Part shown: positions 37,133 to 46,037 of the stretch, piece by piece
Numbering within the stretch: the stretch's first letter is position 1
How the letters are laid out: each line of letters starts with the position of its first letter
DNA from: Thermoproteota archaeon
GTDB lineage: Archaea; Asgardarchaeota; Jordiarchaeia; Jordiarchaeales; Freyrarchaeaceae
Assembly (NCBI GenBank): GCA_029258835.1
Contig: JAPDJY010000035.1
Coordinates: forward strand, 77,302 to 141,301
Direction of reading: 5' to 3'
Length of the DNA stretch: 64,000 nt
Notes under the pieces: model-generated
Seen by the model: only the letters and a program-made list of their open reading frames with translations
Told to the model about the DNA's origin: nothing
Database searches by the model: none
Program-made: the position numbers and the translations under genes

Positions 37133-38183
37133 AGACATTTCTGGATGTGGCATATTTGGTATGATGGATGTTACCGGGCGCCTAATATCTGGCGAAGAGG
37201 TTATTAAAGCGATAGATACGATGAACTACAGGTATAATGGTCTAGGCGGCGGCTTTGCGGGATACGGAATATATCCGAAATATGCTGACTGTTATGCCCT
37301 CCACGTTCACATAATGAACCCAGAGGCTAAACTTGCTGTTGAGAATTTCCTTTACGAACGCTTAACGGTAGTGAAAGATGAGGAGATACCCCATAGAAAA
37401 GTCGCTGAAATAGACGATAACGGCATAATAAACTGGAGGTACTTTGTTAAACCTCCTGAGGAGGAAGGTAACCCAGATGATTACATAGTGAAAATAGTTA
37501 TGCACATAAATATAAGCATACCTGACGCGTATGTTTTCTCTAGCGGTAAAAATATGGGAGTCTTCAAGGCCGTGGGATACCCGGCGAAGGTTGCAGAGTA
37601 TTATAAAATAGAATCTTACAATGCGTACACATGGATCGCTCATGGAAGATATCCGACGAACACTCCTGGATGGTGGGGGGGTGCTCATCCTTTTAATATT
37701 TTAGACTGGAGCGTGGTTCACAATGGAGAAATAAGCTCTTATGGCACTAACAAAAACTTCTTGGAAATGTGGGGGTATAAGTGTACGTTGTTAACCGATA
37801 CTGAAGTGGTCGCGTATCTCTTCGACCTTCTAGTAAGAAGGCATGGACTTCCTCTTGAACTTGCATGCAAGGCGATGGCGCCTCCTTTCTGGGCGCAGAT
37901 TAATAACAACTATGATAAGCAGGCTAAGGTGTTAAGAGCAATAAGAATGACATACCCCGGAGCACTTCTTAATGGTCCCTTCAGCATAATAGTTGCTACC
38001 AATCGATTTATGCTAGGCTTAGGGGACAGGATAAAATTACGTCCTCTAATAGCCGCGCAGAAAGACAACGTATATTATATTTCAAGTGAGGAATGTGCTA
38101 TTAAAACGGTATGTCAAAACCCTGATAGAGTATGGGCGCCTAGGGCAGGAGAGCCGGTCATAATATACATGCAGCCATCATAA
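37125..38183 (+). CDS. Glutamate synthase amidotransferase subunit (GltB1)
   Basis: N-terminal CGIFG, SSGKNMGVFK, HGRYPTNT, AHPF, HNGEI, DTE, DRIKLRP. Confidence 0.9.
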   Translation: MGKDISGCGIFGMMDVTGRLISGEEVIKAIDTMNYRYNGLGGGFAGYGIYPKYADCYALHVHIMNPEAKLAVENFLYERLTVVKDEEIPHRKVAEIDDNGIINWRYFVKPPEEEGNPDDYIVKIVMHINISIPDAYVFSSGKNMGVFKAVGYPAKVAEYYKIESYNAYTWIAHGRYPTNTPGWWGGAHPFNILDWSVVHNGEISSYGTNKNFLEMWGYKCTLLTDTEVVAYLFDLLVRRHGLPLELACKAMAPPFWAQINNNYDKQAKVLRAIRMTYPGALLNGPFSIIVATNRFMLGLGDRIKLRPLIAAQKDNVYYISSEECAIKTVCQNPDRVWAPRAGEPVIIYMQPS

Positions 38184-38203
38184 AAGGAGGAACGGATGGC
38201 GTC

Positions 38204-39697
38204 ATGTTCCCTCCAAGATTTAAAGTTGAAATAGATCAGGAGAAATGTATCAGATGCAAGCGATGTACGGTGAATTGCACCTATGACGCCCTTTCATACG
38301 ACCCAGAATTAGACCGTATAGTTCCTAATGATGAGAACTGTGTTGCCTGCCTCCGATGTGCAATGATGTGCCCTCAGAAAGCAATAACCATAACTAAGCA
38401 TCCAATGACCTTTGCGCCTCATGCTCATTGGAGTGAGCGTGTAAGACGTGATATAATCCAGCAAGCATCTACAGGAAGTGCACTTATATCTGGAATGGGA
38501 AACGACTTAGAGTACCCTACAATATTTGACCATTTGGTGATCGATGCTTGCCAAGTGACGAACCCAGCAATAGACCCTCTAAGAGAACCTATAGAGGTTA
38601 CAACTTTTCTGGGAAAAAAGCCAAAACAGTTGAGATTTGACGCAGACCTAAACTTAGAAACGGAAATAGCACCAAACCTGGTTCTGGAAACCCCTATTAT
38701 AATAGGGCATATTTCATATGGCGCCATAAACCTTAACGCCCATAAGGCGCTTGCCATGGCTGTGAAAGAAGCTGGAACCATACTTGGTTCAGGGGAGGGT
38801 GGGCTTCACCCCGAACTCTACCCTTACGCAGACCATATCATGGTACAGGTAGCTTCAGGAAGGTTTGGAGTACACCAGCAGTATCTTGAAGTTGCCGCTG
38901 CAGTAGAGATAAAAATAGGGCAGGGTGCTAAGCCAGGGCATGGCGGCACCCTGCCTGGAAGCAAGGTTCTCCCTCCCATAGCAGCTACACGTATGATTCC
39001 GCCTTTTACCGACGCCTTTTCCCCTGCCCCCCAAGAGGACATCTACAGTATAGAGGATCTCTCCCAGCTGGTTTACGCCCTCAAGGAAGCGACAGAATAC
39101 ACTAAGCCGGTATCAGTAAAGATAGCTGCTGTTCATAATGTCGCATCTATAGCTAGTGGGATAGCGAGGTCAGGAGCAGACATAATAACGATAGATGGAT
39201 TTAGAGGGGGGACGGGGGCTGCACCAAGAATTCTGAGGGATCACGTTGGCATTCCTATAGAAGTCGCTATAGCAGCCGTTGATGAGCGTTTACGCAAAGA
39301 GGGAATAAGAAATGAAGTTAGCCTTATCGCCAGTGGAGGAGTAAGATCTGCTGCGGATGTGGTGAAAGCAATATGCTTAGGGGCGGATGCGGTGGCAATA
39401 GTGACGCCGGCTATGATTGCTATGGGATGTACGGTTTGTCAGCAGTGTCACCGTGGATTATGCGCCCATGGAATAGCTACTACAAGACCGGAGCTTGCTA
39501 AGCGCCTTAACCCTGAAACTGCTTCGAAACGTGTTGTGAACCTTCTCTCAGCATGGACTAAGGAAATCAAAGAAGTTTTAGGTGCCCTAGGCGTTAACTC
39601 TATTGACTCAATTAGAGGCAATAGAGAGAAGCTGAGAGCTGTAGAACTACATGAAAGCACTATGAAGATTTTAGGCGTCAAACCTGCAGGAGAGTAG
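38204..39697 (+). CDS. Glutamate synthase FMN subunit (GltB2) with N-terminal 2x[4Fe-4S]
   Basis: CIRCKRC, CVACLRC, SYGA, GEGG, QVASGRFG, EIKIGQGAKPGHGG, DG..GGTGA, CTVCQQCHRGLC. Confidence 0.92.
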   Translation: MFPPRFKVEIDQEKCIRCKRCTVNCTYDALSYDPELDRIVPNDENCVACLRCAMMCPQKAITITKHPMTFAPHAHWSERVRRDIIQQASTGSALISGMGNDLEYPTIFDHLVIDACQVTNPAIDPLREPIEVTTFLGKKPKQLRFDADLNLETEIAPNLVLETPIIIGHISYGAINLNAHKALAMAVKEAGTILGSGEGGLHPELYPYADHIMVQVASGRFGVHQQYLEVAAAVEIKIGQGAKPGHGGTLPGSKVLPPIAATRMIPPFTDAFSPAPQEDIYSIEDLSQLVYALKEATEYTKPVSVKIAAVHNVASIASGIARSGADIITIDGFRGGTGAAPRILRDHVGIPIEVAIAAVDERLRKEGIRNEVSLIASGGVRSAADVVKAICLGADAVAIVTPAMIAMGCTVCQQCHRGLCAHGIATTRPELAKRLNPETASKRVVNLLSAWTKEIKEVLGALGVNSIDSIRGNREKLRAVELHESTMKILGVKPAGE

Positions 39698-39763
39698 CAT
39701 GGAAAAGTTTTTTAAAAAGAAGCTTGCGTCAGAACTATTCTAGAATTAGTTGGTGATGAGGGC

Positions 39764-40495
39764 TTGGCGCGTATTGATGCATCTAAGCTTTCCTTTAGGG
39801 AGCTTAACCAGCGGATTAGAGCACTTGCAATGGATGGAGCCAGCGAAATCGAAGTTGTTAACGTTAATGGTCAAAGATATATTGGAGCAGGATTGAGAGG
39901 AAACTTAACTATAAAAATATATGGTACCCCGGGGAACGACCTAGCAGTTTTCATGGATGGCCCCACAATTTTAGTTTATGGGAACGGTCAAGACGGTGTT
40001 TGCAACACCATGAATAATGGATTAGTAGTCGTTCATGGTGACGTACGTGATATTCCCGGGTATTCCATGAGAGGTGGAACCCTTCTGGTTAAGGGTAATG
40101 CCGGTTACAGGGTTGGAATACACATGAAGGCGTATGGTGAAAGCGTCCCTAAGATCGTCATCGGAGGCGTCGGCAGCGATTTTCTAGGTGAATATATGGC
40201 TGGCGGAGTGATAGTCGTTTTAAACTTAAACGACGAGGAAAGCCCTGTTGGATTTTACACGGGAACTGGAATGCATGGAGGCGCAATATATATTAGAGGA
40301 AAAGTTAGAGAATCAGATCTCGGCGTGGGAGCGCGCATAGCTCCAATTAAAAAAAGCGAAATTGGAATGATCAACGAATTAGTGAAACTATATTCAGCTA
40401 GCTTTAACACTCCCTTGGAGATTTCTCCAACAGAATTCATGAAAGTCACCTTTAAAACCAGGAGGCCGTTCGGAAGCCTTTATGTTTTGGAGTGA
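39764..40495 (+). CDS. Glutamate synthase GXGXG subunit (GltB3)
   Basis: GQRYIG, GTPGNDL, GNAGYRVG, GEYMAGG, GMHGG. Confidence 0.88.
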   Translation: MARIDASKLSFRELNQRIRALAMDGASEIEVVNVNGQRYIGAGLRGNLTIKIYGTPGNDLAVFMDGPTILVYGNGQDGVCNTMNNGLVVVHGDVRDIPGYSMRGGTLLVKGNAGYRVGIHMKAYGESVPKIVIGGVGSDFLGEYMAGGVIVVLNLNDEESPVGFYTGTGMHGGAIYIRGKVRESDLGVGARIAPIKKSEIGMINELVKLYSASFNTPLEISPTEFMKVTFKTRRPFGSLYVLE

Positions 40496-40539
40496 TAATG
40501 AAGAGCCGCACTAAGGAAGAATAGTATTAATGTTTCTTT

Positions 40540-40791
40540 TCATTTTCCTTTGCTACTCATGTCTATTACAATGTAGCTTTTGATGTGTTCTACTCCCTGC
40601 ACTCTTCTCGTTTCTAGAAGCCAGTTGTATAAGGAATCATAGTCCGGGAAATCCACTATTGAGATGAGGTCATGCTCACCCGCTATGACGTAGATTCTCT
40701 TTACGTTTCTGTCCTTTTTAAGTACGCTTATCACCCATTCTTCGAATCCTGGCCTCACATCGAAGATCATAAAGGATCTCATTTCCCCCAC
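40540..40791 (-). CDS. Stand-alone Lrp/AsnC ligand-binding (RAM) domain
   Basis: 83 aa; YVIAGEHDLI, VQGVEHIKSYIV; no HTH. Confidence 0.75.
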   Translation of the reverse strand: MGEMRSFMIFDVRPGFEEWVISVLKKDRNVKRIYVIAGEHDLISIVDFPDYDSLYNWLLETRRVQGVEHIKSYIVIDMSSKGK

Positions 40792-40794
40792 CTT

Positions 40795-41034
40795 TCATGA
40801 TTTACAAACTTTAACTACAGGTAGTGTTTTTGTTTTAACTACTTCCTTAAGCCTCCTGACATTCATAACCACCTCAAAAACTCTTTCCATACTCTCAGTC
40901 TCAACTATCGCTATTATATCATGCCCTCCAGTAACCAAGTAACTTTCAACGATTTCAGGAAACGCGGCAAGTTTCTCAAAAACGATTTTTTCAGTTCCAG
41001 GGGTAACATCTATCTCAAGCAAAAGTACGAACAT
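40795..41034 (-). CDS. Stand-alone Lrp/AsnC ligand-binding (RAM) domain
   Basis: 79 aa; YLVTGGHDIIA, VVKTKTLPV; no HTH. Confidence 0.8.
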   Translation of the reverse strand: MFVLLLEIDVTPGTEKIVFEKLAAFPEIVESYLVTGGHDIIAIVETESMERVFEVVMNVRRLKEVVKTKTLPVVKVCKS

Positions 41035-41118
41035 CCATTCACCCCCATAGTTAGCGGAAAATTTTTAGCCTTAAAAACTTAAAAACCTCTTGCCATTAAG
41101 CTATAAGAGGGGCGTTCG

Positions 41119-41370
41119 ATGATCTCTGCATTCGTAATGATTAAAATCGAACGTGGTGAGGACATTAATTGGATTAGTATGGTTAAAGAGGTCCTCCAGA
41201 AGGCTCCCGGAGTTAAAGAGGTGCACGCAGTCTTTGGGTCCTGTGACTTCATAGTCAAAGTTGAGGCGGAAAACTTCCAGCAACTAAGCAACATTATAAT
41301 CGAAAAAATAAGAGGTGCACCAGGAGTAACATCAACCGAGACGTTTATAACACTTCCCTTCGACGAATGA
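41119..41370 (+). CDS. Stand-alone Lrp/AsnC ligand-binding (RAM) domain
   Basis: 83 aa; AFVMIK, HAVFGSCDFIVKVE, PGVTSTETFI. Confidence 0.8.
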   Translation: MISAFVMIKIERGEDINWISMVKEVLQKAPGVKEVHAVFGSCDFIVKVEAENFQQLSNIIIEKIRGAPGVTSTETFITLPFDE

Positions 41371-41421
41371 AATTTTCCATTCAAAATGAATTTTTAGCGC
41401 TATAAAAGAAAATGTGTTAAT

Positions 41422-42768
41422 TTATAAGATCGGAAGGTACCTCTTTATTTCCCACTCTGTGACGGTGATTCTAAACTCGTCCCACTCTCTGCGTTTTGCC
41501 TCTAAGTATTTATTGTAAACGTGGTCCCCCAGTGCCTCCCTTAACAAAGAGCTCTTAGATGCGTATTCGAGGGCTTCTCCCAAAGATCCCGGGAGCATGT
41601 CGATGTATAGCTCTTTAAGTTTTGCATCATCGAAGTGGTATATATCTTCCTCAACTGGTTCGGGTGGCTCTATCTTCTGCTTGATTCCTTCGAGGCCGGC
41701 TTTGAGCATCGCGGAGAAAGCAAGGTATGGGTTGCATGAAGGGTCAGGGCATCTTAACTCGGCTCTCATTGATTTTCCGCGGCCAATGAAGTATTCCGGC
41801 ACACGGATCAGAGCAGACCTGTTACGGCGAGCCCAGCTAATGTATACTGGCGCCTCGTATCCTGGCACAAGCCTTTTATACGAGTTAACTGTTGGAGCAA
41901 GAGCGATTAAGATTTCTTTAATGTATTTAAGCTGCCCTCCTATGAAGTAATATGCTATATCAGAGAGGTTATACTTATCGTCGGGATCGAAGAAGGCGTT
42001 TTCTCCGTCCTTCCATAAGCTTTGATGGACATGCATTCCTGAGCCGTTCTGTCCAAAGATCGGTTTTGGCATAAAGGATGCGTGTAATCCATGCCTTCTT
42101 GCCACAGACTTGACGATAAACCTATACGTTATAACAGCATCCGCTATGGTCAATGCATCACTGTATTTAAAGTCTATTTCATGTTGTCCCGGCGCTACTT
42201 CATGATGACCCATCTCGACCGGTATTCCCATTTCCTGAAGTGCTTGTGTGGCTTCTGCCCGCACGTTAAATGCTTGGTCTAAAGGTGCTAGGTCAAAGTA
42301 GCCGCCATAGTCTTGAGGCTCCGGTGCAATTCCGTTTTCCATTTTGAAAAGGAAAAATTCAAGCTCTGGGCCTACATTGTAGGAGAACCCCATTTTGCGT
42401 GCTTCTTCCAAATTTCTCTTTAAGACGTACCTAGGGTCTCCTTCGAACGGTTTACCTTCCGGCCTGTAAACGTCACAGTACACGAGGGCTACTCCTCTTC
42501 CCATGGTTAACCCTGAGAGTACTCGGAAAGACGTTGGATCGGGTATTAGTCTCATGTCGCTTTCATAAATTCTAACGAACCCCTCTATGGACGAGCCGTC
42601 GAAGCCCACGCCCTCATTTAAGGTGTCTTCGAAGCGTTCAATTGGTATCGTGCATGCTTTTGGCGTGCCAAGAATGTCAACGAACTTTAGTAAAATTAGG
42701 CGGATATCCTTCTCCCTTGCTTCTCTAAGAACTTTTTCTTTAATTTCTTCTAGCTCCTGCTCCTTCAA
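41422..42768 (-). CDS. glnA: Glutamine synthetase type I
   Basis: FDGSSIEGF, GPELEFF, HHEVAPGQHE, FMPKP, NGSGMHVH, NSYKRLVPGYEAP, RNRSALIR, ELRCPDPSCNPYL. Confidence 0.97.
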   Translation of the reverse strand: MKEQELEEIKEKVLREAREKDIRLILLKFVDILGTPKACTIPIERFEDTLNEGVGFDGSSIEGFVRIYESDMRLIPDPTSFRVLSGLTMGRGVALVYCDVYRPEGKPFEGDPRYVLKRNLEEARKMGFSYNVGPELEFFLFKMENGIAPEPQDYGGYFDLAPLDQAFNVRAEATQALQEMGIPVEMGHHEVAPGQHEIDFKYSDALTIADAVITYRFIVKSVARRHGLHASFMPKPIFGQNGSGMHVHQSLWKDGENAFFDPDDKYNLSDIAYYFIGGQLKYIKEILIALAPTVNSYKRLVPGYEAPVYISWARRNRSALIRVPEYFIGRGKSMRAELRCPDPSCNPYLAFSAMLKAGLEGIKQKIEPPEPVEEDIYHFDDAKLKELYIDMLPGSLGEALEYASKSSLLREALGDHVYNKYLEAKRREWDEFRITVTEWEIKRYLPIL

Positions 42769-42875
42769 ACCTCCAACCTGCCTCTTATTTGTTACATCTC
42801 GTAGTTCTTACATACATGAATATATTAATTCTGTTATGTTATCTGGTTAATCATCCTTATAATATTAATTAAAGC

Positions 42876-43071
42876 GAACATTTGTCTAGAAAAACCTAAT
42901 CTATTTCCTATATAGTGGACATTTGTCCATGTCCTTTTGTTTGAAACAACATGCCCCTTAGAAACCATATTTTTACGCATATACAAGTTTATTTTTGCGC
43001 ATGCCATCATGTAAGTTTTTTAAATAATCTTTTATAATTTACTCTGGCTTTCCTTTAATAGACAAATGTTT
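42876..43071. promoter_or_regulatory. Repeated palindromic operator-like boxes between divergent glnA and the Lrp gene
   Basis: GAACATTTGTCTA (42876-42888), TGGACATTTGTCCA (42916-42929), TAGACAAATGTTT (43059-43071, reverse complement of the first). Confidence 0.6.
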
Positions 43072-43135
43072 TTCATTAAAAACATTTAAGTAACATTTAT
43101 CTTATTTATTAAGTAAAAGGAAAATGTTAGCATAG

Positions 43136-43606
43136 GTGGTGCTTAACTTGTCGGCCACATTAGACGAGATTGACGTGCGAATTCTTGAAGAGTATTTAAA
43201 GGATGCTAGACGTTCATCGAGAGAAATAGCTAGGCGGGTGGGCGTTTCTACAACTACCGTTATAGCACGAACTAAGCGTTTAGAGCGTGAGGGAATAATA
43301 AAGGGATATACTGTTATGGTTGACTATGAAAAACTAGGTTATGAAATTACAGCCATAACAGAAATTACTGTTTCTAAGGGAAAGCTTTTGGATGTAGAAA
43401 AAGAGGTTGCAAAGATCCCGTCTACCTGCGCGGTCTACGACGTGACGGGGGCGATTGACTGCATAGTCATCGCTAAATTTAGGAGCAGGAAGGAGCTAAG
43501 CGATTACACAAAACATCTTCTCTCGATACCATATGTTGAAAGAACGAACACACACGTCGTTCTAACCGTAGTTAAGGAAGATTTTAGAATGATGATCTCT
43601 AAGTAA
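43136..43606 (+). CDS. Lrp/AsnC family transcriptional regulator
   Basis: LDEIDVRIL..DAR..REIARRVG..RLEREGIIKGY; YDVTG; VERTNTHVVL. Confidence 0.92.
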   Translation: MVLNLSATLDEIDVRILEEYLKDARRSSREIARRVGVSTTTVIARTKRLEREGIIKGYTVMVDYEKLGYEITAITEITVSKGKLLDVEKEVAKIPSTCAVYDVTGAIDCIVIAKFRSRKELSDYTKHLLSIPYVERTNTHVVLTVVKEDFRMMISK

Positions 43607-43649
43607 GAGCGGAAAGTAGGAAAGTTAAAGGCTGATAGGCTGCTGGATA

Positions 43650-43715
43650 GGCTCCGATGAGGAGGACTCGGGATTCTGAGTTGCAAGTGATGAGCTCGCG
43701 CAGGCCTGAGGAGCC
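43650..43715 (+). ncRNA. C/D-box methylation guide sRNA
   Basis: Terminal stem GGCTCC/GGAGCC; C-like CCGATGA (43654-60), D' CTGA (43676-79), C' GTGATGA (43687-93), D CTGA (43706-09); 15- and 12-nt guides. Confidence 0.85.
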
Positions 43716-43764
43716 CTGCTCCTAATCTCCGGCCCTTCTGCATTTTTGCTTAATTTTTTTCTCT

Positions 43765-44109
43765 TTAGAGGATCTCGTAGTCTAAGTCTCTGATTTTTTT
43801 AAGAGACTTCGGTTTTACTTTTGCCCTGCTCAAAATGGCTCCTTCCTCAAAAACGTCTTCTTTCTCTTCTTTTTTAGGCATATGCTTCTGACTTTTTTGA
43901 GTGGACATTCCACATGTTAGGTCTTTTTGCAGTTGCCCTCGGATGCATACTGCATATCTACATGAGGGGCCCTGACACGGGTCTTCGGCCCATTGACACC
44001 AAATAATTTTCTTATTTCCTGAGTGTATTATTTTCATGCTTCTATTAGCGCATCTGAAAAACTTGCATAGGGGTGTACAACGTTTCTGGCTCAAGCCTAA
44101 TAGCCCCAA
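43765..44109 (-). CDS. Cys-rich hypothetical protein
   Basis: CTPLCKFFRC, WCQWAEDPCQGPSCRYAVC, TC; charged tail. Confidence 0.6.
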   Translation of the reverse strand: MGLLGLSQKRCTPLCKFFRCANRSMKIIHSGNKKIIWCQWAEDPCQGPSCRYAVCIRGQLQKDLTCGMSTQKSQKHMPKKEEKEDVFEEGAILSRAKVKPKSLKKIRDLDYEIL

Positions 44110-44184
44110 AACAAGCTTTCAAATTGAAAAAGTTAATTAAAACATAATAAACATTGCGATTGAAAGATGCTTACTGAACCATGT

Positions 44185-44754
44185 TTAACTTTTCCTCTCC
44201 TCATTCTCTCCCCATCTTCTGTAAAGGGTGTGCGTGATCCCTAACATATCAAGTATTTTTCCCACTATGAAATTAACAAGATCCTCTATTTTCTTAGGGG
44301 AATGGTAGAAGGCCGGCATTGCTGGCAGGATTATTGCACCCGCTTTCTTTGCACGGGCCATGTTTTCTATGTGTGTCAGGTTTAAGGGTGTTTCCCTTGG
44401 TACAAGTATTAGGCGACGCCCTTCTGCAAGGGCGCAGTCGGCAGCCCTCCTTATTAGCGTATCTGCACATCCCGTGGCCACGGCAGCGAGGGTAGACATT
44501 GAACATGGAACTATGACTACCGCATCTACAGGGTAGGAGCCGCTGGCCACAGGTGCTGTTAGGTCATTGTTGTCGAATACTTCCGAAGCCAGCCTGCAAA
44601 GTTCATCTATACTTCCTAGTTCAAGGTTAACTATCTTTTTTGCGGCCTCGGATACTATGAGAATCACCTCTTTACCCTTCTTTTTCAATTCTTCTAATAG
44701 CTTATACGCGTAAACTACACCGCTTGCCCCTGTTACGCCTACAACGATCCTCAA
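44185..44754 (-). CDS. ubiX: Flavin prenyltransferase
   Basis: GVTGASG, ASGS, PCSMSTL, RAAD, PRETP, PAFY. Confidence 0.93.
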   Translation of the reverse strand: MRIVVGVTGASGVVYAYKLLEELKKKGKEVILIVSEAAKKIVNLELGSIDELCRLASEVFDNNDLTAPVASGSYPVDAVVIVPCSMSTLAAVATGCADTLIRRAADCALAEGRRLILVPRETPLNLTHIENMARAKKAGAIILPAMPAFYHSPKKIEDLVNFIVGKILDMLGITHTLYRRWGENEERKS

Positions 44755-46034
44755 GGTTTCCTCTCGCCTCCACCCTCTAATTCGTTGACGGGTTTAAGTA
44801 ATGTTACGGTGACTTCCTCCCCTTCTTCGATGAAGCTTTGTCCAACTTTTATTTCTACGTATCCATGGGTGGATGAAAGGGTTGTTATGGCCTCTGAGCC
44901 TGTAGCTGTAGGGTACGCCTTCAGCTCTCCGTCCTCTAAAATGATTTTTACGGGTTTAAACTCGTGTCGCCCCTCCTCTGAGAACATTTTAACTGCAGCT
45001 TTGGCTTTAACTTTCCTCAGCTCTCTTCTGGGGAGCTGGGACCACTTTCTTATGAAGGGGTCAACGATAATGTAATAAACTAGAAGGGCTGAAGTAGGAT
45101 ATCCTGGAAGCATGAAAACAGGCTTACCATGATAGGCGGCTATGACAGTCGGCTTCCCGGGCTTCATTGCTACTCCATGAATTAAGAAATCAGGCGTGAA
45201 TACTTCTCTAAGAGCGGAAGGAACAGCGTCTCCAGGACCTTTAGACGTTCCTCCAGAGAAGACTACTACATCACATGTTGCAAGAGCCTTCTTGAGTGCC
45301 TCTATAAGTTCTTCCCTATCATCTCTTATTATTCCCATATAAACTGGGTTTCCTCCCGAGTCCCGAACCGCGTTGATGAGGGTAACAGAGTTTACATCGT
45401 ATATTTTCCCGGGTTTCAACTTTTCCCCTAGCCTGACTAATTCGTCTCCAGTACTTGCCACAGCGACCTTAAGCTTAGAGTAAACTTTGACTTTTTCAGC
45501 TCCTGTAGCGGCTATTGCACCTAAATCTTGAGGGGTTAACACTACCCCTTTTTTCAGGATGAGGGAGCCACGCTTTATGTCTCTTCCCTCATCGATTATA
45601 TGTTCTCTTGGGGCTACTGCCCTGTAAACTTCCACTTCCCCCCCTTTCTCGATGGTGTACTCTACCATTACTACGGCGTCAGCTCCACTTGGAATTAAAC
45701 CCCCCGTGGCAACCCTTACACATTGACCTGGTGAAACATGAGGGGCCTCTTCCTGCCCTGCCCTTACTTCCCCGATAAGCCTCAAAACAACGGGATTTTC
45801 CTCCCCTGCTCCAAAAGTGTCCTTTGAGATTATGGCGTAGCCGTCCCGTGCAGCCCTTCTAAAATGCGGTACATTTATAGGTGATCTGAGGTCTTCAGCT
45901 AAAACTCTGCCTGAAGCTTGCTGGATAGGCACTTCCTCAACACCAGGTTTAACATTTAAACTATCGAGTTTAGCGAAAACCTCTTCTAGGGATGAAACGG
46001 AATAAAATAGCTCCTTCAAATCAATTACCTCCAA
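44751..46034 (-). CDS. moeA: Molybdopterin molybdotransferase
   Basis: GRVLAED, ARDGYA, ATGG..PSGADAVVMVE, STGDEL, SGGTS, KPGKP, LPGYP. Confidence 0.9.
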   Translation of the reverse strand: MEVIDLKELFYSVSSLEEVFAKLDSLNVKPGVEEVPIQQASGRVLAEDLRSPINVPHFRRAARDGYAIISKDTFGAGEENPVVLRLIGEVRAGQEEAPHVSPGQCVRVATGGLIPSGADAVVMVEYTIEKGGEVEVYRAVAPREHIIDEGRDIKRGSLILKKGVVLTPQDLGAIAATGAEKVKVYSKLKVAVASTGDELVRLGEKLKPGKIYDVNSVTLINAVRDSGGNPVYMGIIRDDREELIEALKKALATCDVVVFSGGTSKGPGDAVPSALREVFTPDFLIHGVAMKPGKPTVIAAYHGKPVFMLPGYPTSALLVYYIIVDPFIRKWSQLPRRELRKVKAKAAVKMFSEEGRHEFKPVKIILEDGELKAYPTATGSEAITTLSSTHGYVEIKVGQSFIEEGEEVTVTLLKPVNELEGGGERKP

Positions 46035-46037
46035 AGT

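Noticed and set aside
43504-43743. 79-aa minus-strand ORF
   Set aside because: Antisense to the Lrp 3' end and the C/D sRNA; no protein features
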